A stretch of 64,000 bases of DNA from an uncultured bacterium (GCA_963977015.1 CAXBMO010000027.1:23733-87732), one strand, 5' to 3'. Numbered from the stretch's first letter, positions 27,984 to 39,814 are shown. Notes: generated by a model not told the origin, from the letters alone. Made by a program: numbers and translations.

Positions 27984-28733
27984 ATGGCAAAGCTACATTT
28001 ACGCTCTTGGATTTCGGCTAGACTCAGCGTTTTAACGGCATCTCTCTTGGTTCTCCCGGCGGTCGGCCAGGATGCTCCCAAACCCAAGCCTGCCCGAAAA
28101 CCGAATCCTGCGTTTGCCCAAATTACGGATATCGAAGGGCTGCCAAGAGTTCTCCTCATCGGAGATTCCATTTCCATTGGCTACACGGTACCGACCCGGG
28201 AAGCGTTGCAGGGAGTTGCCAACGTGCATCGTCCTGCGGCGAATTGCGGTCCAACGACTCGGGGGCTTGAGGCTATCGAATCCTGGCTGGGAACCGGGAA
28301 ATGGGACGTGATTCACTTCAACTGGGGGCTTCACGACCTCAAATACATGGGGCCGAATGGGAAAAATCTTGCGGATCCCGAAGATTCCTCGAGCGGGCAA
28401 CAAGTTCCCCCGGCCGAGTATGGTGCCAATCTGGAAAAACTGGTGGAGCGGCTGAAACAAACGGAAGCAACGCTCATCTGGCGGAATACAACTCCGGTTC
28501 CGGAAGGGGCCGCCGGGCGCGTTGTCGGCGATGCCGCGAAATACAACGAGATTGCCGCTAAAATCATGGAAAAGCATGGCGTTCAAATCGACGACATGTT
28601 TGCGCTCGTGAAACCGCAGATCGGCGAGATCATGCGTCCGGCTAACGTTCACTTCACACCGGAAGGTTCTCAATTGCTCGGAAAGCATGTTGCCGGGGTG
28701 ATTCAGGCTGCGCTCGAGAGCAAATCGGAGTAA
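27984..28733 (+). CDS. SGNH/GDSL hydrolase, exported
   Basis: [15 protein letters not shown] and NVHF; N-terminal signal-like segment. Confidence 0.88.
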   Translation: MAKLHLRSWISARLSVLTASLLVLPAVGQDAPKPKPARKPNPAFAQITDIEGLPRVLLIGDSISIGYTVPTREALQGVANVHRPAANCGPTTRGLEAIESWLGTGKWDVIHFNWGLHDLKYMGPNGKNLADPEDSSSGQQVPPAEYGANLEKLVERLKQTEATLIWRNTTPVPEGAAGRVVGDAAKYNEIAAKIMEKHGVQIDDMFALVKPQIGEIMRPANVHFTPEGSQLLGKHVAGVIQAALESKSE

Positions 28734-28763
28734 GATTCGAAACGGGAATCAGTCACAGTCTCA

Positions 28764-29765
28764 GTGGAAGATCATTACGGACATCGCATCAGCTACCTGC
28801 GCATCTCGGTCACCGACCGGTGCAATGAGCGCTGTACGTATTGCATGCCGGATGAGGAGCAAACCTGGCTGGAACGGACCGAGATCCTGACTGAGGAAGA
28901 AATTTTGAGGGTGGTTCACGCGGGAGTCAGCCTTGGAATCTCCAAAATCCGGGTGACGGGCGGGGAGCCTCTGACCCGGCCGGGAGTGGTCGATTTGATG
29001 GGTAAATTGGGAGCCATTCCCCAGATTCAGAACTTGGGATTTTCAACCAACGGAACGTTGTTAAGCCGGAAATTGAAGTCTGGCGTCACCAACGCTCAAG
29101 GCCTTTATGATGCCGGGGTCAGGGCTTTGAATCTGTCGCTCGATAGTCTTGATCCCGAGGTTTATCGCGAATCCACCAGTCGCGACCTGCTGCCTCAATT
29201 TCTCGAGGGGCTTGAGGCTGCTCAGGAAGCCGGATTCGAGAACATTCGACTCAATTGCGTGCTGATGCGCAATCGCAATGAGCATGAACTGTGGAGTCTG
29301 GTGGAGTTCGCGGCGGAGCGGGGATGCCTGATCCGTTTCGTCGAGTTGATGCCTGTCAGCAGTCGTGAAGTTTTGACCGAGGAGAACTTCCTTCCGGCGA
29401 TTGAGGCAAGGCGCATCATCGAATTTCGACACGGCGAGTTGAAACCACTTCCCGACTATCGAACAAACGGCCCCGCGAGTTATTTCGAACTGGAGTCCGG
29501 TCAAAAAATCGGATTTATCAGCGCGATGACGAATCTGCATTTTTGCGAAAATTGCGACAAGCTCCGTCTCACCGCAGAAGGGAAGCTTCGTCCCTGCTTG
29601 GGGAGTCACCTTGAATTCGACATGCGCAAGGTTCTTCGTGATTCCTCAACAACCGATGCGGATTTGCAGCAGTTTTTCCGTGATGTCGTCGATCGAAAGC
29701 CGAAAGAACACGATTTTCGCGAGAATTATCAGCCGCAGCGCCGGATGATTGCCATCGGCGGCTAG
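28764..29765 (+). CDS. moaA: GTP 3',8-cyclase (molybdenum cofactor biosynthesis)
   Basis: YLRISVTDRCNERCTYCMP radical-SAM motif, TGGEP, C-terminal FCENC..C cluster and terminal IGG. Confidence 0.95.
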   Translation: MEDHYGHRISYLRISVTDRCNERCTYCMPDEEQTWLERTEILTEEEILRVVHAGVSLGISKIRVTGGEPLTRPGVVDLMGKLGAIPQIQNLGFSTNGTLLSRKLKSGVTNAQGLYDAGVRALNLSLDSLDPEVYRESTSRDLLPQFLEGLEAAQEAGFENIRLNCVLMRNRNEHELWSLVEFAAERGCLIRFVELMPVSSREVLTEENFLPAIEARRIIEFRHGELKPLPDYRTNGPASYFELESGQKIGFISAMTNLHFCENCDKLRLTAEGKLRPCLGSHLEFDMRKVLRDSSTTDADLQQFFRDVVDRKPKEHDFRENYQPQRRMIAIGG

Positions 29766-29839
29766 TCGAAAAAGTTCGGGCGAAAACGTGCAGAATCACT
29801 AGTTGATTTCTGCTAATTATAAATTTTATTTAAATTTAT

Positions 29840-32488
29840 ATGTTTGCGTCGCTTTTGGAACTCCTCCGTCGCCTCGATGTCCGCCTCACGTTGGGCGTCG
29901 CTCTGGTCGGCCTGGTGACACTGATTGTCTTGGTATCATCAAACTCAAACCGTGCGATCGAACAGGCTGAGGCCTCGCAACGCGCGTTTGCAAAACCGGT
30001 TTTAGTGAATCTGGAGCCTCGTATCCAGAGCGCGATCGCAGAAGTGGAGACCGTGCTTCACGAGGCGATGGCGCATCCCTTGGTTGCCAGTGCCGAACTT
30101 CCGGGGGAATCGCGGAGTGCGGTCTTGCGGGGCAAACGCGATCAGCATCCCTTGATTGATGCGTTGGAAATTCACCGGAAAGGTGCTGTCGTCGCATCGA
30201 CGAAGGTGGAGGAAAAGGTTCCGGTGGAGGCTTCGTTATTGGAGCGTGTTGGCAGCGAGAAACTACGGATCGAGGCGGGAGAGTCGAAGTGGTCGATCTT
30301 TATTGCCTTTCCGTTTCGCGAAGATGTCGACAATGAAGAATGGATGGTCGCCCATGTGCCGACTGTTGAAATCGCGGCGATTTTGAAAGCGACCGGATCG
30401 AAAAATCTGGCGTTGTTGGACGGGCGAGGCCGAATTCTGGCACATACGGAGGAGGCGAAGGTTGGGCAACGACTCGTTCGTTCGGAGGCTGGATTGACCG
30501 ATCCCGAGGGAACAAAATTTCATGTGGTGGAGAAGAATCTGGATTTTGCCGCTGAAATGGTCGGCGACGTTTGGAGGGTGGCGTTCCTTTTCCCCGAGAA
30601 CATGGCTGTCCAGTTGTCCGGAAGTTCAGCAGGAACGCAGTTCGCCATGGGGTTGTTGGTTTTGGTTCTGGGATCAGGTGTGCTGTTCTATTTGTCGATG
30701 CGCCATGGTCGACAGCTCGATTCAATCACCGAGTTTGCGAAGCGTTTGGAAGCGGGAGATTTCGACGAACGCTTGCCCGAGCAAACGAGCGTTGAATTGG
30801 GGCGATTGGCCAAACGGATGAACGCGTTGGCGAAACGGCTCCACTCGTATAAATCGGAAACCGACCAGGAAGTCGCGAACCACGCCAAACGCCTGAAAGA
30901 GCTGGATCGTTGGACACAGGGGCTGAATGCTCAAGTGCTTGCGACGAACGATACCAGCCGTGAAGGGATGCTTTTCATCACGCCCGATGGCTCGAAGGTG
31001 GTTGGGCACAACTCCAGCTTGTTGGAGCTGTGCGGCATGACCAAGGAAGATATGGAGTCGATGGAGGCTGAGCAGTTGCCTCAGCGTCTGGCGTGGATGT
31101 TCCAGGAAACAGAGGAGTTTCTTCGCTGGTGGAAGCAGTGCTTCGTGACGCCGGAAGAGGTGGCGCCAAAGAGTTGGAAGCTGCGCCAGCCTGAAGATGG
31201 AGAAGCGGAAGTCCGGGTGACGCCGGTCAAGGCGGATGAGAAGTTGCTCGCGCTGCTTTGGCGTTTCGAGGACCGAACGGAGGAAGTTCGCATTGCGCGT
31301 AAAGCCGAGAGCGTGGAGAAGGCTGAGTTGATTGGTAACCTGGCCAGCGGCATTGGTCATGAGTTCAACCGGATTCTAACCGGTGTTGTCGCCAATTTGG
31401 CGGAGGTTGACGGATCGATTTCCGAGGAACTCTGGACGACCGTGGTTGAGGAGGCGAAGGCTTCCGCCAACCAGGCTGCAACCATGTCTCGCGGCCTGCT
31501 CGGTTACTCCAAGGCCAATCTCCTCGATGTGAAGGTGAACAATGTTCACAATCTGGTTCGCTGGGTAAAAGGTCAGATCAGCCCGAATTTGCCGCCAGAG
31601 ATCGAGCTCAAAATCGAGCTTCCCGAGAACAACTGCCATGTGTCCGGCGATCGAGAGAAAATGCGTACCGTTCTTTTTGAACTTTGCGAAAACGCGATCG
31701 CGGCAATGAAGGGTGGTGGCGTGCTGACGATTGGGGCCGAATCCTTTGAAGTGGGCGGCGATGACCTGGCTCCCGACGATCTGGAAGCGGGCAACTATGT
31801 CTGTTTTGTCGTCAAGGACACGGGGCACGGAATCCCGGATGCGATTCGCGGAAGAATTTTTGAGCCCTTCTTTACGACGAATCCCGAAGGCAGCGGCCTG
31901 GGGCTTTCCTCAACTTCCGGAATTGTCTGGCAACACGGCGGTTGGATTGCGTGCGAAAGCGAGGAAGGGCAGGGCACGACGATGCGGGTCTATCTGCCGT
32001 CTTCGGAACTGCCTGTCCCGGTGGTGGTCGAGACCGGTGACGAATCGGTGGAAGCCAAGCAGGTCACCTCACTGAAGAGCGAGGCTCCGGATACGCCAAT
32101 CGCCGGAGACTTTGTCCTCGTGATTGATGACGAAGACATGGTGAGACGGCTCACGCAGGCGATTCTGAAGCGTGGCGGCTACGAGTCGGTCGGTGCGCGC
32201 AGCGGCCGCGAGGCGCTGGAGATTTGCCATGAGCATCAGGATCGGATTTCGCTGATTGTTCTTGATCTGAACATGCCGGAAATGAGCGGTCGCGAGTTTT
32301 TCGACATTCTTCGCCGCGAGATCGGTGATGTGCCGGTCATCGTCGTCAGCGGATACCTGATGGACTTCGACGCCTTTGCGATGAGCCCGGAATCAGGCAC
32401 GCCTCCGTCTGGTTTTGTGCAGAAGCCCTATCAAGCGGACCGCTTTTTGACCGAGGTTGGCGGAATTTTGCAACGGAAGGCTGCGTAA
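29840..32488 (+). CDS. Hybrid sensor histidine kinase (TM-Cache-like-TM-HAMP-PAS-like-HisKA-HATPase-receiver)
   Basis: H-box GIGHEFN, ENAIAAM, DTGHGI, FEPFFTT and GSGLGL; receiver DDED..LDLNMP..KPY. Confidence 0.92.
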   Translation: MFASLLELLRRLDVRLTLGVALVGLVTLIVLVSSNSNRAIEQAEASQRAFAKPVLVNLEPRIQSAIAEVETVLHEAMAHPLVASAELPGESRSAVLRGKRDQHPLIDALEIHRKGAVVASTKVEEKVPVEASLLERVGSEKLRIEAGESKWSIFIAFPFREDVDNEEWMVAHVPTVEIAAILKATGSKNLALLDGRGRILAHTEEAKVGQRLVRSEAGLTDPEGTKFHVVEKNLDFAAEMVGDVWRVAFLFPENMAVQLSGSSAGTQFAMGLLVLVLGSGVLFYLSMRHGRQLDSITEFAKRLEAGDFDERLPEQTSVELGRLAKRMNALAKRLHSYKSETDQEVANHAKRLKELDRWTQGLNAQVLATNDTSREGMLFITPDGSKVVGHNSSLLELCGMTKEDMESMEAEQLPQRLAWMFQETEEFLRWWKQCFVTPEEVAPKSWKLRQPEDGEAEVRVTPVKADEKLLALLWRFEDRTEEVRIARKAESVEKAELIGNLASGIGHEFNRILTGVVANLAEVDGSISEELWTTVVEEAKASANQAATMSRGLLGYSKANLLDVKVNNVHNLVRWVKGQISPNLPPEIELKIELPENNCHVSGDREKMRTVLFELCENAIAAMKGGGVLTIGAESFEVGGDDLAPDDLEAGNYVCFVVKDTGHGIPDAIRGRIFEPFFTTNPEGSGLGLSSTSGIVWQHGGWIACESEEGQGTTMRVYLPSSELPVPVVVETGDESVEAKQVTSLKSEAPDTPIAGDFVLVIDDEDMVRRLTQAILKRGGYESVGARSGREALEICHEHQDRISLIVLDLNMPEMSGREFFDILRREIGDVPVIVVSGYLMDFDAFAMSPESGTPPSGFVQKPYQADRFLTEVGGILQRKAA

Positions 32489-32534
32489 GACCGAAAAAGA
32501 GGTCGCACCTTGGGTTTCCAGCCTATCATTGTGC

Positions 32535-32909
32535 ATGGTGGATTTTCCCAAGCTCGGTCGCAGCTTTCGTTTTGCCTTCGCCGGACTTCGTTACGTTGTC
32601 CGCACCGAGCAAAACATGCGGATTCACTTGGTGATTTCCGCGATCGTGTTGGTGGCGGGATGGTACTTTCAGATTTCCCATTTGGAATGGATCGCAGTCG
32701 TTCTTTGCATGGGGGCAGTGATTGGCGCTGAGACCGTGAACTCCGCAATCGAGCGATTGGCGGACCGGGTTACCGAAAGTGAGGATACGCTGATTCGGAT
32801 CGCCAAAGATGCGGCCGCAGGAGGTGTTCTGGCCCTTGCTGTCGCTTCGTTCGTCATTGGCGCGATCATCTTTTTGCCCCGGATTCTCGAACTCGTGCGT
32901 TCGTTCTAG
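32535..32909 (+). CDS. dgkA: Diacylglycerol/undecaprenol kinase (DgkA family)
   Basis: SFRFAFAGL, EQNMRIH, ETVNSAIERLAD and IAKDAAAG. Confidence 0.9.
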   Translation: MVDFPKLGRSFRFAFAGLRYVVRTEQNMRIHLVISAIVLVAGWYFQISHLEWIAVVLCMGAVIGAETVNSAIERLADRVTESEDTLIRIAKDAAAGGVLALAVASFVIGAIIFLPRILELVRSF

Positions 32910-32919
32910 GAGAAGAGAA

Positions 32920-34344
32920 TCAAGCGAGCACGCCCTTCACGACATGGGCTTCTTCCACGCCGGTCAATCTGGCGTCGAGGCCCTGGTGACGAACGCTGAG
33001 CCGTTCGTGATCGATGCCCAGCAAATGGAGAATCGTGGCGTTTAAGTCGCGAATGTGAACCGGGTTTTCGACGATGTTGTAGGAAAAATCGTCTGTTTCG
33101 CCGTAGACGGTTCCGGGTTTGATTCCCCCACCGGCCATCCACATGCTGAAACACCGCGGATGATGGTCGCGACCGTAGTTGTCCTGGCTCAGTTTTCCCT
33201 GACAATAGATGGTTCGTCCGAATTCGCCGCCCCAGATCACCAACGTGTCGTCCAGCAAACCCCGCCGTTTCAAGTCCTGAACCAGGGCATAAGCCGGCTG
33301 ATCCACATCCCGGCACTGCCGCGGAAGGTCACCCGTCAGGTTGCCGTGCTGATCCCAGCCGCGATGAAAAATCTGGGTGAAGCGAACGCCGCGTTCCGCC
33401 ATGCGGCGGGCCAGCAGGCAATTGTAAGCAAAGGTTCCCGGCTCGTTCACATCCGGACCATACATATCCAGGGTTTCCTCGGATTCACCGGCGGTGTCCA
33501 CCAACTCGGGAACGGAGGATTGCATCCGAAAGGCCATTTCGTACTGCGCGATCCGAGCCTGCGTTTCAGGATCTCCGAGCCTCTCAAACTGCTTTTGATT
33601 CAGCGCGTTCAATCCATCGAGCATGGTGCGTCGAACGCTGGGATCAACGCCGGACGGATTGGAAAGATACAGGACGGGATCGCCCTGGGAGCGCAGCGCG
33701 ACTCCCTGGTGCTTCGAAGGCAGAAATCCGCTGCCCCAAAGGCGCGAGAACAGGGCCTGGGCATCGCGTTTCGCTGACCATTTGCTGTTCAGAACGACAA
33801 ACGAAGGCAGGTTTTCATTCTCGCTCCCAAGGCCGTAGCTGAGCCATGCGCCGAGGCTGGGCTTTCCGGGGATTTGATCGCCGGTTTGGATGTAGGTGAT
33901 CGCAGGATCATGGTTAATCGCCTCCGTGTACATGGTTTTGACCACGGCGATGTCGTCCGTCATTTTGGCCATGTTCGGGAGCAACTCGCTCACCCAGGTT
34001 CCCGAGTTTCCATGTTGCTTGAAGTCGTAAATGGTCGGCGCCACCGGGAAACGTTTCTGCTTTGACGTCATGCCGGTGAGTCGCTGGCCCTGACGAATGG
34101 AATCCGGCAAATCCTTGTCGAACCACTTCTGCATTTCCGGCTTGTGATCCCAGAGATCCAATTGTGATGGCGCCCCTGACATGAACAGATAAATGGCGCG
34201 CTTTGCCTTGGGGAAAAGGTCGCTCAATCCCACCGCATTTTGGCCGAGCAGCGAACCGAGGGCGGCGATACCCAGACCGCGGGCGCCTTGTCCAAAGAAT
34301 TGCCGGCGGGTCTCCAGCGTCTGGTAGTCGGTGAACGGATTCAT
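32920..34344 (-). CDS. DUF1501 family protein (Tat-exported, sulfatase-like fold)
   Basis: Tat motif [37 protein letters not shown] and GRDHHP. Confidence 0.92.
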   Translation of the reverse strand: MNPFTDYQTLETRRQFFGQGARGLGIAALGSLLGQNAVGLSDLFPKAKRAIYLFMSGAPSQLDLWDHKPEMQKWFDKDLPDSIRQGQRLTGMTSKQKRFPVAPTIYDFKQHGNSGTWVSELLPNMAKMTDDIAVVKTMYTEAINHDPAITYIQTGDQIPGKPSLGAWLSYGLGSENENLPSFVVLNSKWSAKRDAQALFSRLWGSGFLPSKHQGVALRSQGDPVLYLSNPSGVDPSVRRTMLDGLNALNQKQFERLGDPETQARIAQYEMAFRMQSSVPELVDTAGESEETLDMYGPDVNEPGTFAYNCLLARRMAERGVRFTQIFHRGWDQHGNLTGDLPRQCRDVDQPAYALVQDLKRRGLLDDTLVIWGGEFGRTIYCQGKLSQDNYGRDHHPRCFSMWMAGGGIKPGTVYGETDDFSYNIVENPVHIRDLNATILHLLGIDHERLSVRHQGLDARLTGVEEAHVVKGVLA

Positions 34345-34351
34345 GGTCAGT

Positions 34352-37300
34352 CTAGTGCTTGGTAACGGCTTCGTCGAGGTTGAGGAGCTGGTTCGCAACC
34401 ATGGTCAGTGAGGCGAGTCCAACCGGATTGCTCAGGTTCGAGTTGGGCTTATCACCTTCAGTTAACAGCTGTTTCGCTTCCTCGGGAGAATTCCGATAGT
34501 GTTCTCGGAAAATGCGCAGCGAGTTCGCCGCGATGGAGTACTCGTCAGGGGCAAATTCGCGTCCCAGCACATGCATGGCGATCGCTTGAACCGGGTCTTC
34601 CAACTGGAGGCAGCGCTCGGCAAGATGGCGGGCCGCTTCGACGAACTGCACGTCATTCATCAAAACCAGCGCCTGCAGTGGCGTGTTGGTTCGTTCGCGA
34701 TTGACAATACAGCTCTCGCGATTCGGCGCATCAAATGCGGTCATGTTCGGAGGCGGAGCGGTGCGTTTCCAAAAGGTGTAGATGCTTCGGCGATAAAGGG
34801 CCTCGTTGTAGTGGCGAAAGAATTTTACCGTATTGCTGTTCTCGTAGCCGACCGATTGCCACAACCCGCCGGGCTGATAGGGCCGAACGCCCGGTCCGCC
34901 GATTTTCTCGACCAGCAAGCCACTCGCAAACAGAGCCTGGTCCCGAATCATTTCCGCGTCCATGCGGAATCGCGGTCCACGGGCGTAGTAGCGGTTTTCG
35001 GGATCCTTCCTCCAATTCCGGGAGTCAATCTTCGATCCGCGGCGATACGCTTGTGACATCACGATTTGTTTCACGAGCCGTTTCACATCCCAACCGTTCT
35101 CGACAAAATCGACCGCCAACCAATTGAGCAGTTCGGGGTGAGTCGGGACCGATCCCTGAGTTCCAAAGTCGTCGGCCGTCTCGACCAACCCTGCTCCGAA
35201 AAATTCCTGCCAGATCCGATTCACGGTAACGCGCGCCGTAAGCGGATTCTCGGGATCGACAATCCATTGGGCGAGTCCAAGACGGTTCATTGGAGCGTCG
35301 TTGCTCAATTTGGGCAATGCTGCCGGGACTCCCGGTTGGACGATTTCTCCGGTCGGATGATCATACTCGCCGCGATCCAGAATCGGTGCTGATGGTGTTC
35401 CAGGTTTGTCCGCCATCACGTGAGTAATGGGAGTGCTGCGCTGAATCTGGTTCAGCTGCATTTGGGCCTCGGATTGTTGGGCGTAGAGTTTGCGGGTGGG
35501 TTCGTGATGAGCCTGGTGAAAGTGATCGAGCAACTCCTGGGCAGGCTTTTCTTCCATCTTCCCGGAGAGCATTCCTGGGATCTTGGAAAGCGAGTTCAGC
35601 CCTTTGATTTCGTCAGCCGTCAACGCGTCGTAGAACTCCAGTTTCTTCAGCATCTCGCCATCTGCCAGAATCTTGAGGGGCGCATCGTTGGCGAAGTCTC
35701 CGGCCAGCGTGTCGATCTCCAAATAGGGAAACCGTTCCCGGCCCATCTTGCGCGCTCCGGAGTAGGCAACGACGCCTTCGGATCTTCCTGATCCGTCGTA
35801 GACCCAACTCAATGACGCCCGGCTACCGGGACGCAGGTGCTTGATGAGGTGGGCTTGAAGCATTCCGCCTTCGCCGTCAAAAAACGTCAATTCAACGCCT
35901 TCCTCAAACAGGTCGAGAACCATTCGGAACCCTCGTCCGTTTTCGTCAAGCTGTTCGCAAAGTGGATAGCGTCCCAGTTTGTCTGGGGCGGCGACCTCCG
36001 CAAAAATCGTCATGGGCTGATCCTTCCCGAAGTTGACGGAGAAATCAGCAGCACCGCGATTCTGATGGCCTCGCAAGTGACCAACGGTGGCGTTTTTGGA
36101 TTCTCGCCATGCCTGGAAAGCCGGCGCAGCGTCCTTCTTCGCGGCTTTCAATTGACGCCCAATTTCGCCGAGCTTGGCCTTGGTGACGGTCTCCTGCTCT
36201 TTGGTTTCCGCGTCAGGATAAACGCGGATGATGGGCGGCGTGTCCGGTTGGTTGCCGTCCATTCCGGGTTGCGTCGTGTGATTGAAATACGCGAAAAGCT
36301 GAAAGTATTCCGTTTGGCTGATCGGATCAAATTTGTGGTCATGGCATTGCGCGCATCCAGTCGTCAGTCCGAGCCAAACCGAAGACGTGGTGTTGACGCG
36401 ATCCACCGCATACCGAACCAGGAATTCCTCCGCGATCGCTCCGCCTTCCGAGGTTGTCACATTACAGCGGTTAAACCCCGTCGCGACCAGTTGCGACTGC
36501 GTCGGCTCAGGCAACAGGTCGCCCGCCAGTTGTTCGATCGTGAACTGATCAAAGGGCTGATTTGCATTGTAAGCCTGAATCACCCAGTCGCGATAGGGCC
36601 ACATTTCGCGATAGTTGTCGAGGTGGAGACCATGAGTGTCGGCATAGCGGGCCGCATCCAGCCAATAACGGGCGCGGTGTTCGCCATAACGCGGCGAACT
36701 CAGCAAGCGGTCCACCAGTTTCTCGTAGGCATTGGGGGATTGATCGGCAACGAAAGTCGCGACTTCGGTGGGAGTTGGAGGGAGCCCAGTCAAATCCAGC
36801 GTGACGCGGCGAATCAGCGTTTGACGATCGGCTTCCGGTTCCGGAGTGAGGCGCCGAACCTTCAATTCGGCATCGACAAAGTGATCAATTCCCGATCCTT
36901 CGGCCTTCGCGGGTTTGATGAATGCCCAGTGCTCCTGCCAGGGCGCGCCTTCCGCAATCCAGCGCTTGATCAGCACAATCTCCTGTGGGTTGAGCGTTTT
37001 GTGAGACTTGGGCGGAGGCATCAACTCACTCGTGTCATCGGTCTCCAACCGAAAGACCAGCTCGCTTTCATCCGGATTCCCCGGCACGATGGCGAATTCC
37101 TTGGCGTCAGCCTCCCGGTCCAGGCGCAGGTCACCCTTCCGGCTTGCCGAATCCGGCCCGTGACAGCTGAAGCAGTTGTCGCTCAAGATCGGGCGAATGT
37201 GTTTGTTGAACTGAATCTCTTCAACGTGCACCGGTGTGTCGTAGGGCGGAACCGGATGAGAAAGCAGCGAGGCCATCTCCGTGTTGTAAGTCGCCAATTT

Positions 37301-37654
37301 GGAGTTGGAATCCGTGGGCGAAGGTGGGCGTGCTGCGATTACGACCTCATCGTCGTCGGAGGTGACGGTGAAAGCTGCCACCGCGATTGCGGCAATTGCG
37401 GCTGCCGCGCCGAAGCCTCGAACGAGGTTCGATTCATACCATCGTGGTGTGGCCGGAGGAACTTCGCGGGGAAAGTCGCCCGCCATTTCTTTGAGCGAGT
37501 CCTGGTCGAACTCCAACATCGCGTGAAGCTGGCAAAACTCGGCGTAGCTCTTCCGAAGCTCACCATCGTGTTCCAACTGATGAAACAATTCGGCCTGCTC
37601 CTCGGGGGAGAGTTGACCGTCCAGCATCTTGGAAAATTTCAAGTCCTGGCTCAT
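34352..37654 (-). CDS. PSD1/planctomycete cytochrome c protein (PSCyt1-DUF1549-degenerate LamG-DUF1553) with N-terminal anti-sigma-like domain and TM helix
   Basis: CxxCH motifs CFSCH and [46 protein letters not shown] and TNTPLQAL. The ATG at 37654 overlaps the sigma factor stop. Confidence 0.9.
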   Translation of the reverse strand: MSQDLKFSKMLDGQLSPEEQAELFHQLEHDGELRKSYAEFCQLHAMLEFDQDSLKEMAGDFPREVPPATPRWYESNLVRGFGAAAAIAAIAVAAFTVTSDDDEVVIAARPPSPTDSNSKLATYNTEMASLLSHPVPPYDTPVHVEEIQFNKHIRPILSDNCFSCHGPDSASRKGDLRLDREADAKEFAIVPGNPDESELVFRLETDDTSELMPPPKSHKTLNPQEIVLIKRWIAEGAPWQEHWAFIKPAKAEGSGIDHFVDAELKVRRLTPEPEADRQTLIRRVTLDLTGLPPTPTEVATFVADQSPNAYEKLVDRLLSSPRYGEHRARYWLDAARYADTHGLHLDNYREMWPYRDWVIQAYNANQPFDQFTIEQLAGDLLPEPTQSQLVATGFNRCNVTTSEGGAIAEEFLVRYAVDRVNTTSSVWLGLTTGCAQCHDHKFDPISQTEYFQLFAYFNHTTQPGMDGNQPDTPPIIRVYPDAETKEQETVTKAKLGEIGRQLKAAKKDAAPAFQAWRESKNATVGHLRGHQNRGAADFSVNFGKDQPMTIFAEVAAPDKLGRYPLCEQLDENGRGFRMVLDLFEEGVELTFFDGEGGMLQAHLIKHLRPGSRASLSWVYDGSGRSEGVVAYSGARKMGRERFPYLEIDTLAGDFANDAPLKILADGEMLKKLEFYDALTADEIKGLNSLSKIPGMLSGKMEEKPAQELLDHFHQAHHEPTRKLYAQQSEAQMQLNQIQRSTPITHVMADKPGTPSAPILDRGEYDHPTGEIVQPGVPAALPKLSNDAPMNRLGLAQWIVDPENPLTARVTVNRIWQEFFGAGLVETADDFGTQGSVPTHPELLNWLAVDFVENGWDVKRLVKQIVMSQAYRRGSKIDSRNWRKDPENRYYARGPRFRMDAEMIRDQALFASGLLVEKIGGPGVRPYQPGGLWQSVGYENSNTVKFFRHYNEALYRRSIYTFWKRTAPPPNMTAFDAPNRESCIVNRERTNTPLQALVLMNDVQFVEAARHLAERCLQLEDPVQAIAMHVLGREFAPDEYSIAANSLRIFREHYRNSPEEAKQLLTEGDKPNSNLSNPVGLASLTMVANQLLNLDEAVTKH

Positions 37655-38196
37655 TCGGGGGAAGGGGCGAGTTTTTTGCGGATACAAAGACCGAGGGATT
37701 GGCGGGAGCGATGCAGCAATTGCGAAACGGCGTTGGCCTGAAGGCGCAGCTCGGTCGCAATCTGAGTCACGCTCACGCCGTGCAAATAGCGTTTGATCAC
37801 GACGTTGCGTTGACGTTCCGGGAGCTGCTTGAGGCAGGCTTGAAGGGCTTGCGATCGCTGTTCGTAGGCTTCGTCGATTTCCCCCGCTTCCGCCGCGACG
37901 GTCTCTAGCAATTCGTCATTGAAAAGGAGCCTCTTCGAATCGCGTGCCAGCTTTTTGCGATGAGCCAGCACCTGAAGCCGGGCAATCTTGAACGCCCAGG
38001 CCCGGAAATTCGTGCCAAGGGTGAACGTTTCGCTCTTTCGCCACAGCACGAGATTCACCTCCTGCAGGATGTCGCGGGCGACATGAGGATCCGCAATCAA
38101 AGACAGGACGAATCCGTAGATCGGTCCTTGATGTCCTTCGACCAAGGTTAGGAACTCGTCGTTGTCTGGACTCACGCGTGATTGGGAGAGACTCAT
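37651..38196 (-). CDS. ECF RNA polymerase sigma-70 factor, Rhodopirellula/Verrucomicrobium type
   Basis: DILQEVNLVLWRK..F..GTNFRAWAFKIARLQV; region 4 LQACLKQLPERQR...LHRSRQSL..CI. Confidence 0.92.
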   Translation of the reverse strand: MSLSQSRVSPDNDEFLTLVEGHQGPIYGFVLSLIADPHVARDILQEVNLVLWRKSETFTLGTNFRAWAFKIARLQVLAHRKKLARDSKRLLFNDELLETVAAEAGEIDEAYEQRSQALQACLKQLPERQRNVVIKRYLHGVSVTQIATELRLQANAVSQLLHRSRQSLGLCIRKKLAPSPE

Positions 38197-38362
38197 CGTT
38201 TACAGGGCTGAAATAGTCCTTTGGGCCGAATCTTACGCAGAAATCGCTCAGGAAGGGTGAGGTTGACGAAAATCGGGAATTAGAGCAAGTTCAATCCCAG
38301 AGTCGATCTTCACACAGGTCATCCATGATAACCTGAGCCCCGGCGCTGACGTAACTCTCACG

Positions 38363-39748
38363 ATGACGCCTCCGCAACTTTACGGCCAACTTGTTGAACT
38401 TCTCGATGATCGAAAGGTCTCCGTCGATTCGTCGGTTCTCGAAGAGCATTCCACCGACCGGTGGCACGCAAGCGCTTCGCCTGACGTTGTCGTGTTTGCG
38501 GAAAGCACCCAGGACGTTTCGCGTGTTCTGCGCTTTGCCAACGAGCACCGGATTCCGGTGACGCCGCGGGGGGCCGGAGTCGGCTACGTTGGGGGATGTG
38601 TGCCGCTCAATGCCGGAATCGCGCTTTCCGTTGCGCGCATGAATAGAATTCTGGAAATCAGCCCGCAGGACGGAGTCGCCGTGGTTGAGCCCGGCGTCAT
38701 CACGGGCCATTTGCAGCGGCAGGTTCGTGAAATGGGATGGTACTACCCACCCGATCCGGCGAGTCTCAACGAATGCAGCCTGGGCGGAAACATTGCGACC
38801 AATGCCGGTGGGCCGAAGTGTCTCAAATATGGGGTTACCAGAAATTATGTGCTCGGGTTGGAAGTCGTTCTGGCCAGTGGAGAAATTCTAAACGCCGGAG
38901 GGCGCGTGCATAAAAACAAGACCGGGTTCGATCTGGTCGGCCTGTTTGTCGGTTCCGAGGGGCTGCTCGGCGTCGTCACCAAGGCAACGCTGCGAATCAT
39001 TCCCCATCCGCCTGCCCGCGCCACCTTTTCCGTGGGATTCGATCGTTTTGATCAGGCCGCCCAGGCCGTGCAAGCCGTGCTCGACGCGGGATTTCTGCCA
39101 TGCACGCTGGAGATCACCGATGCGTTCACGCTCCAGGCGGCGCGCGACAATCCGGACGTCACCGCAGACGTCCCCAATGGCGATGCGCACTTGTTGTTGG
39201 AAATCGATGGGCAACCCGGTGCCGTGGAAGCCGACAAAGCGGTGCTGACGAAGCTTCTGCAAGCCCTGGGGCCCACTAGCATTGATGTCGCGGTCCGTGA
39301 GGAGGACTGCGAGCAACTCTGGGAAATCCGCCGTGCCTTTTCCTACAGTCTTCGCGCGACGGGGTTGACGAAGATGAACCAGGACATCGTGGTTCCGCGG
39401 GGCCGAATCGTTGAGCTCGCTCAGTTTTCGCGCCAATTGCAGGAGGAAACGGGATATCAGGTCGCCAGTTTCGGCCATGCCGGAGATGGAAATATCCACG
39501 TCAATCTCATGGTCGATCCGGACGAGGTGAAGCGTCATCCGGATCGCGTCAACGCGGCTTTGAACCGGCTCTTCGGCCAGGTGCTGGCTTGGAATGGTGC
39601 CATTACCGGCGAGCATGGTTTGGGGATCGCCCGCAAACCCTGGGTCGCGGATGCGCTGGGACCCGTTTCGCGCCAGGTTCACGCGGATTTGAAGCGTGCG
39701 CTCGATCCGAACGGCATTCTCAATCCCGGAAAGTTCGTCGAGATTTAG
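38363..39748 (+). CDS. FAD-linked oxidase (GlcD/D-lactate dehydrogenase family)
   Basis: PRGAGVG, YPPDPAS, GGNIATNAGG, GSEG, GHAGDGNIH, GEHGLG and NPGK. Confidence 0.92.
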   Translation: MTPPQLYGQLVELLDDRKVSVDSSVLEEHSTDRWHASASPDVVVFAESTQDVSRVLRFANEHRIPVTPRGAGVGYVGGCVPLNAGIALSVARMNRILEISPQDGVAVVEPGVITGHLQRQVREMGWYYPPDPASLNECSLGGNIATNAGGPKCLKYGVTRNYVLGLEVVLASGEILNAGGRVHKNKTGFDLVGLFVGSEGLLGVVTKATLRIIPHPPARATFSVGFDRFDQAAQAVQAVLDAGFLPCTLEITDAFTLQAARDNPDVTADVPNGDAHLLLEIDGQPGAVEADKAVLTKLLQALGPTSIDVAVREEDCEQLWEIRRAFSYSLRATGLTKMNQDIVVPRGRIVELAQFSRQLQEETGYQVASFGHAGDGNIHVNLMVDPDEVKRHPDRVNAALNRLFGQVLAWNGAITGEHGLGIARKPWVADALGPVSRQVHADLKRALDPNGILNPGKFVEI

Positions 39749-39814
39749 GATTCGCATCCTGACTCGGTCACGTATTCCCGGTTGCAGAATCGTCCCGATC
39801 CGAGATCATCCCCC

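Noticed and set aside
28764-29765. MoaA CENCDKLRL deviating from the common CxxCNRxR
   Set aside because: All Fe-S cysteines and the terminal GG are intact, so this is probably ordinary lineage variation.
35837-37741. 634-aa plus-strand ORF, and similar long antisense ORFs (e.g. 6331-7671, 8122-9414, 24776-25912, 53345-54502)
   Set aside because: They lie opposite well-supported genes, carry no recognisable motifs, and are expected in GC-rich DNA with biased codon usage.
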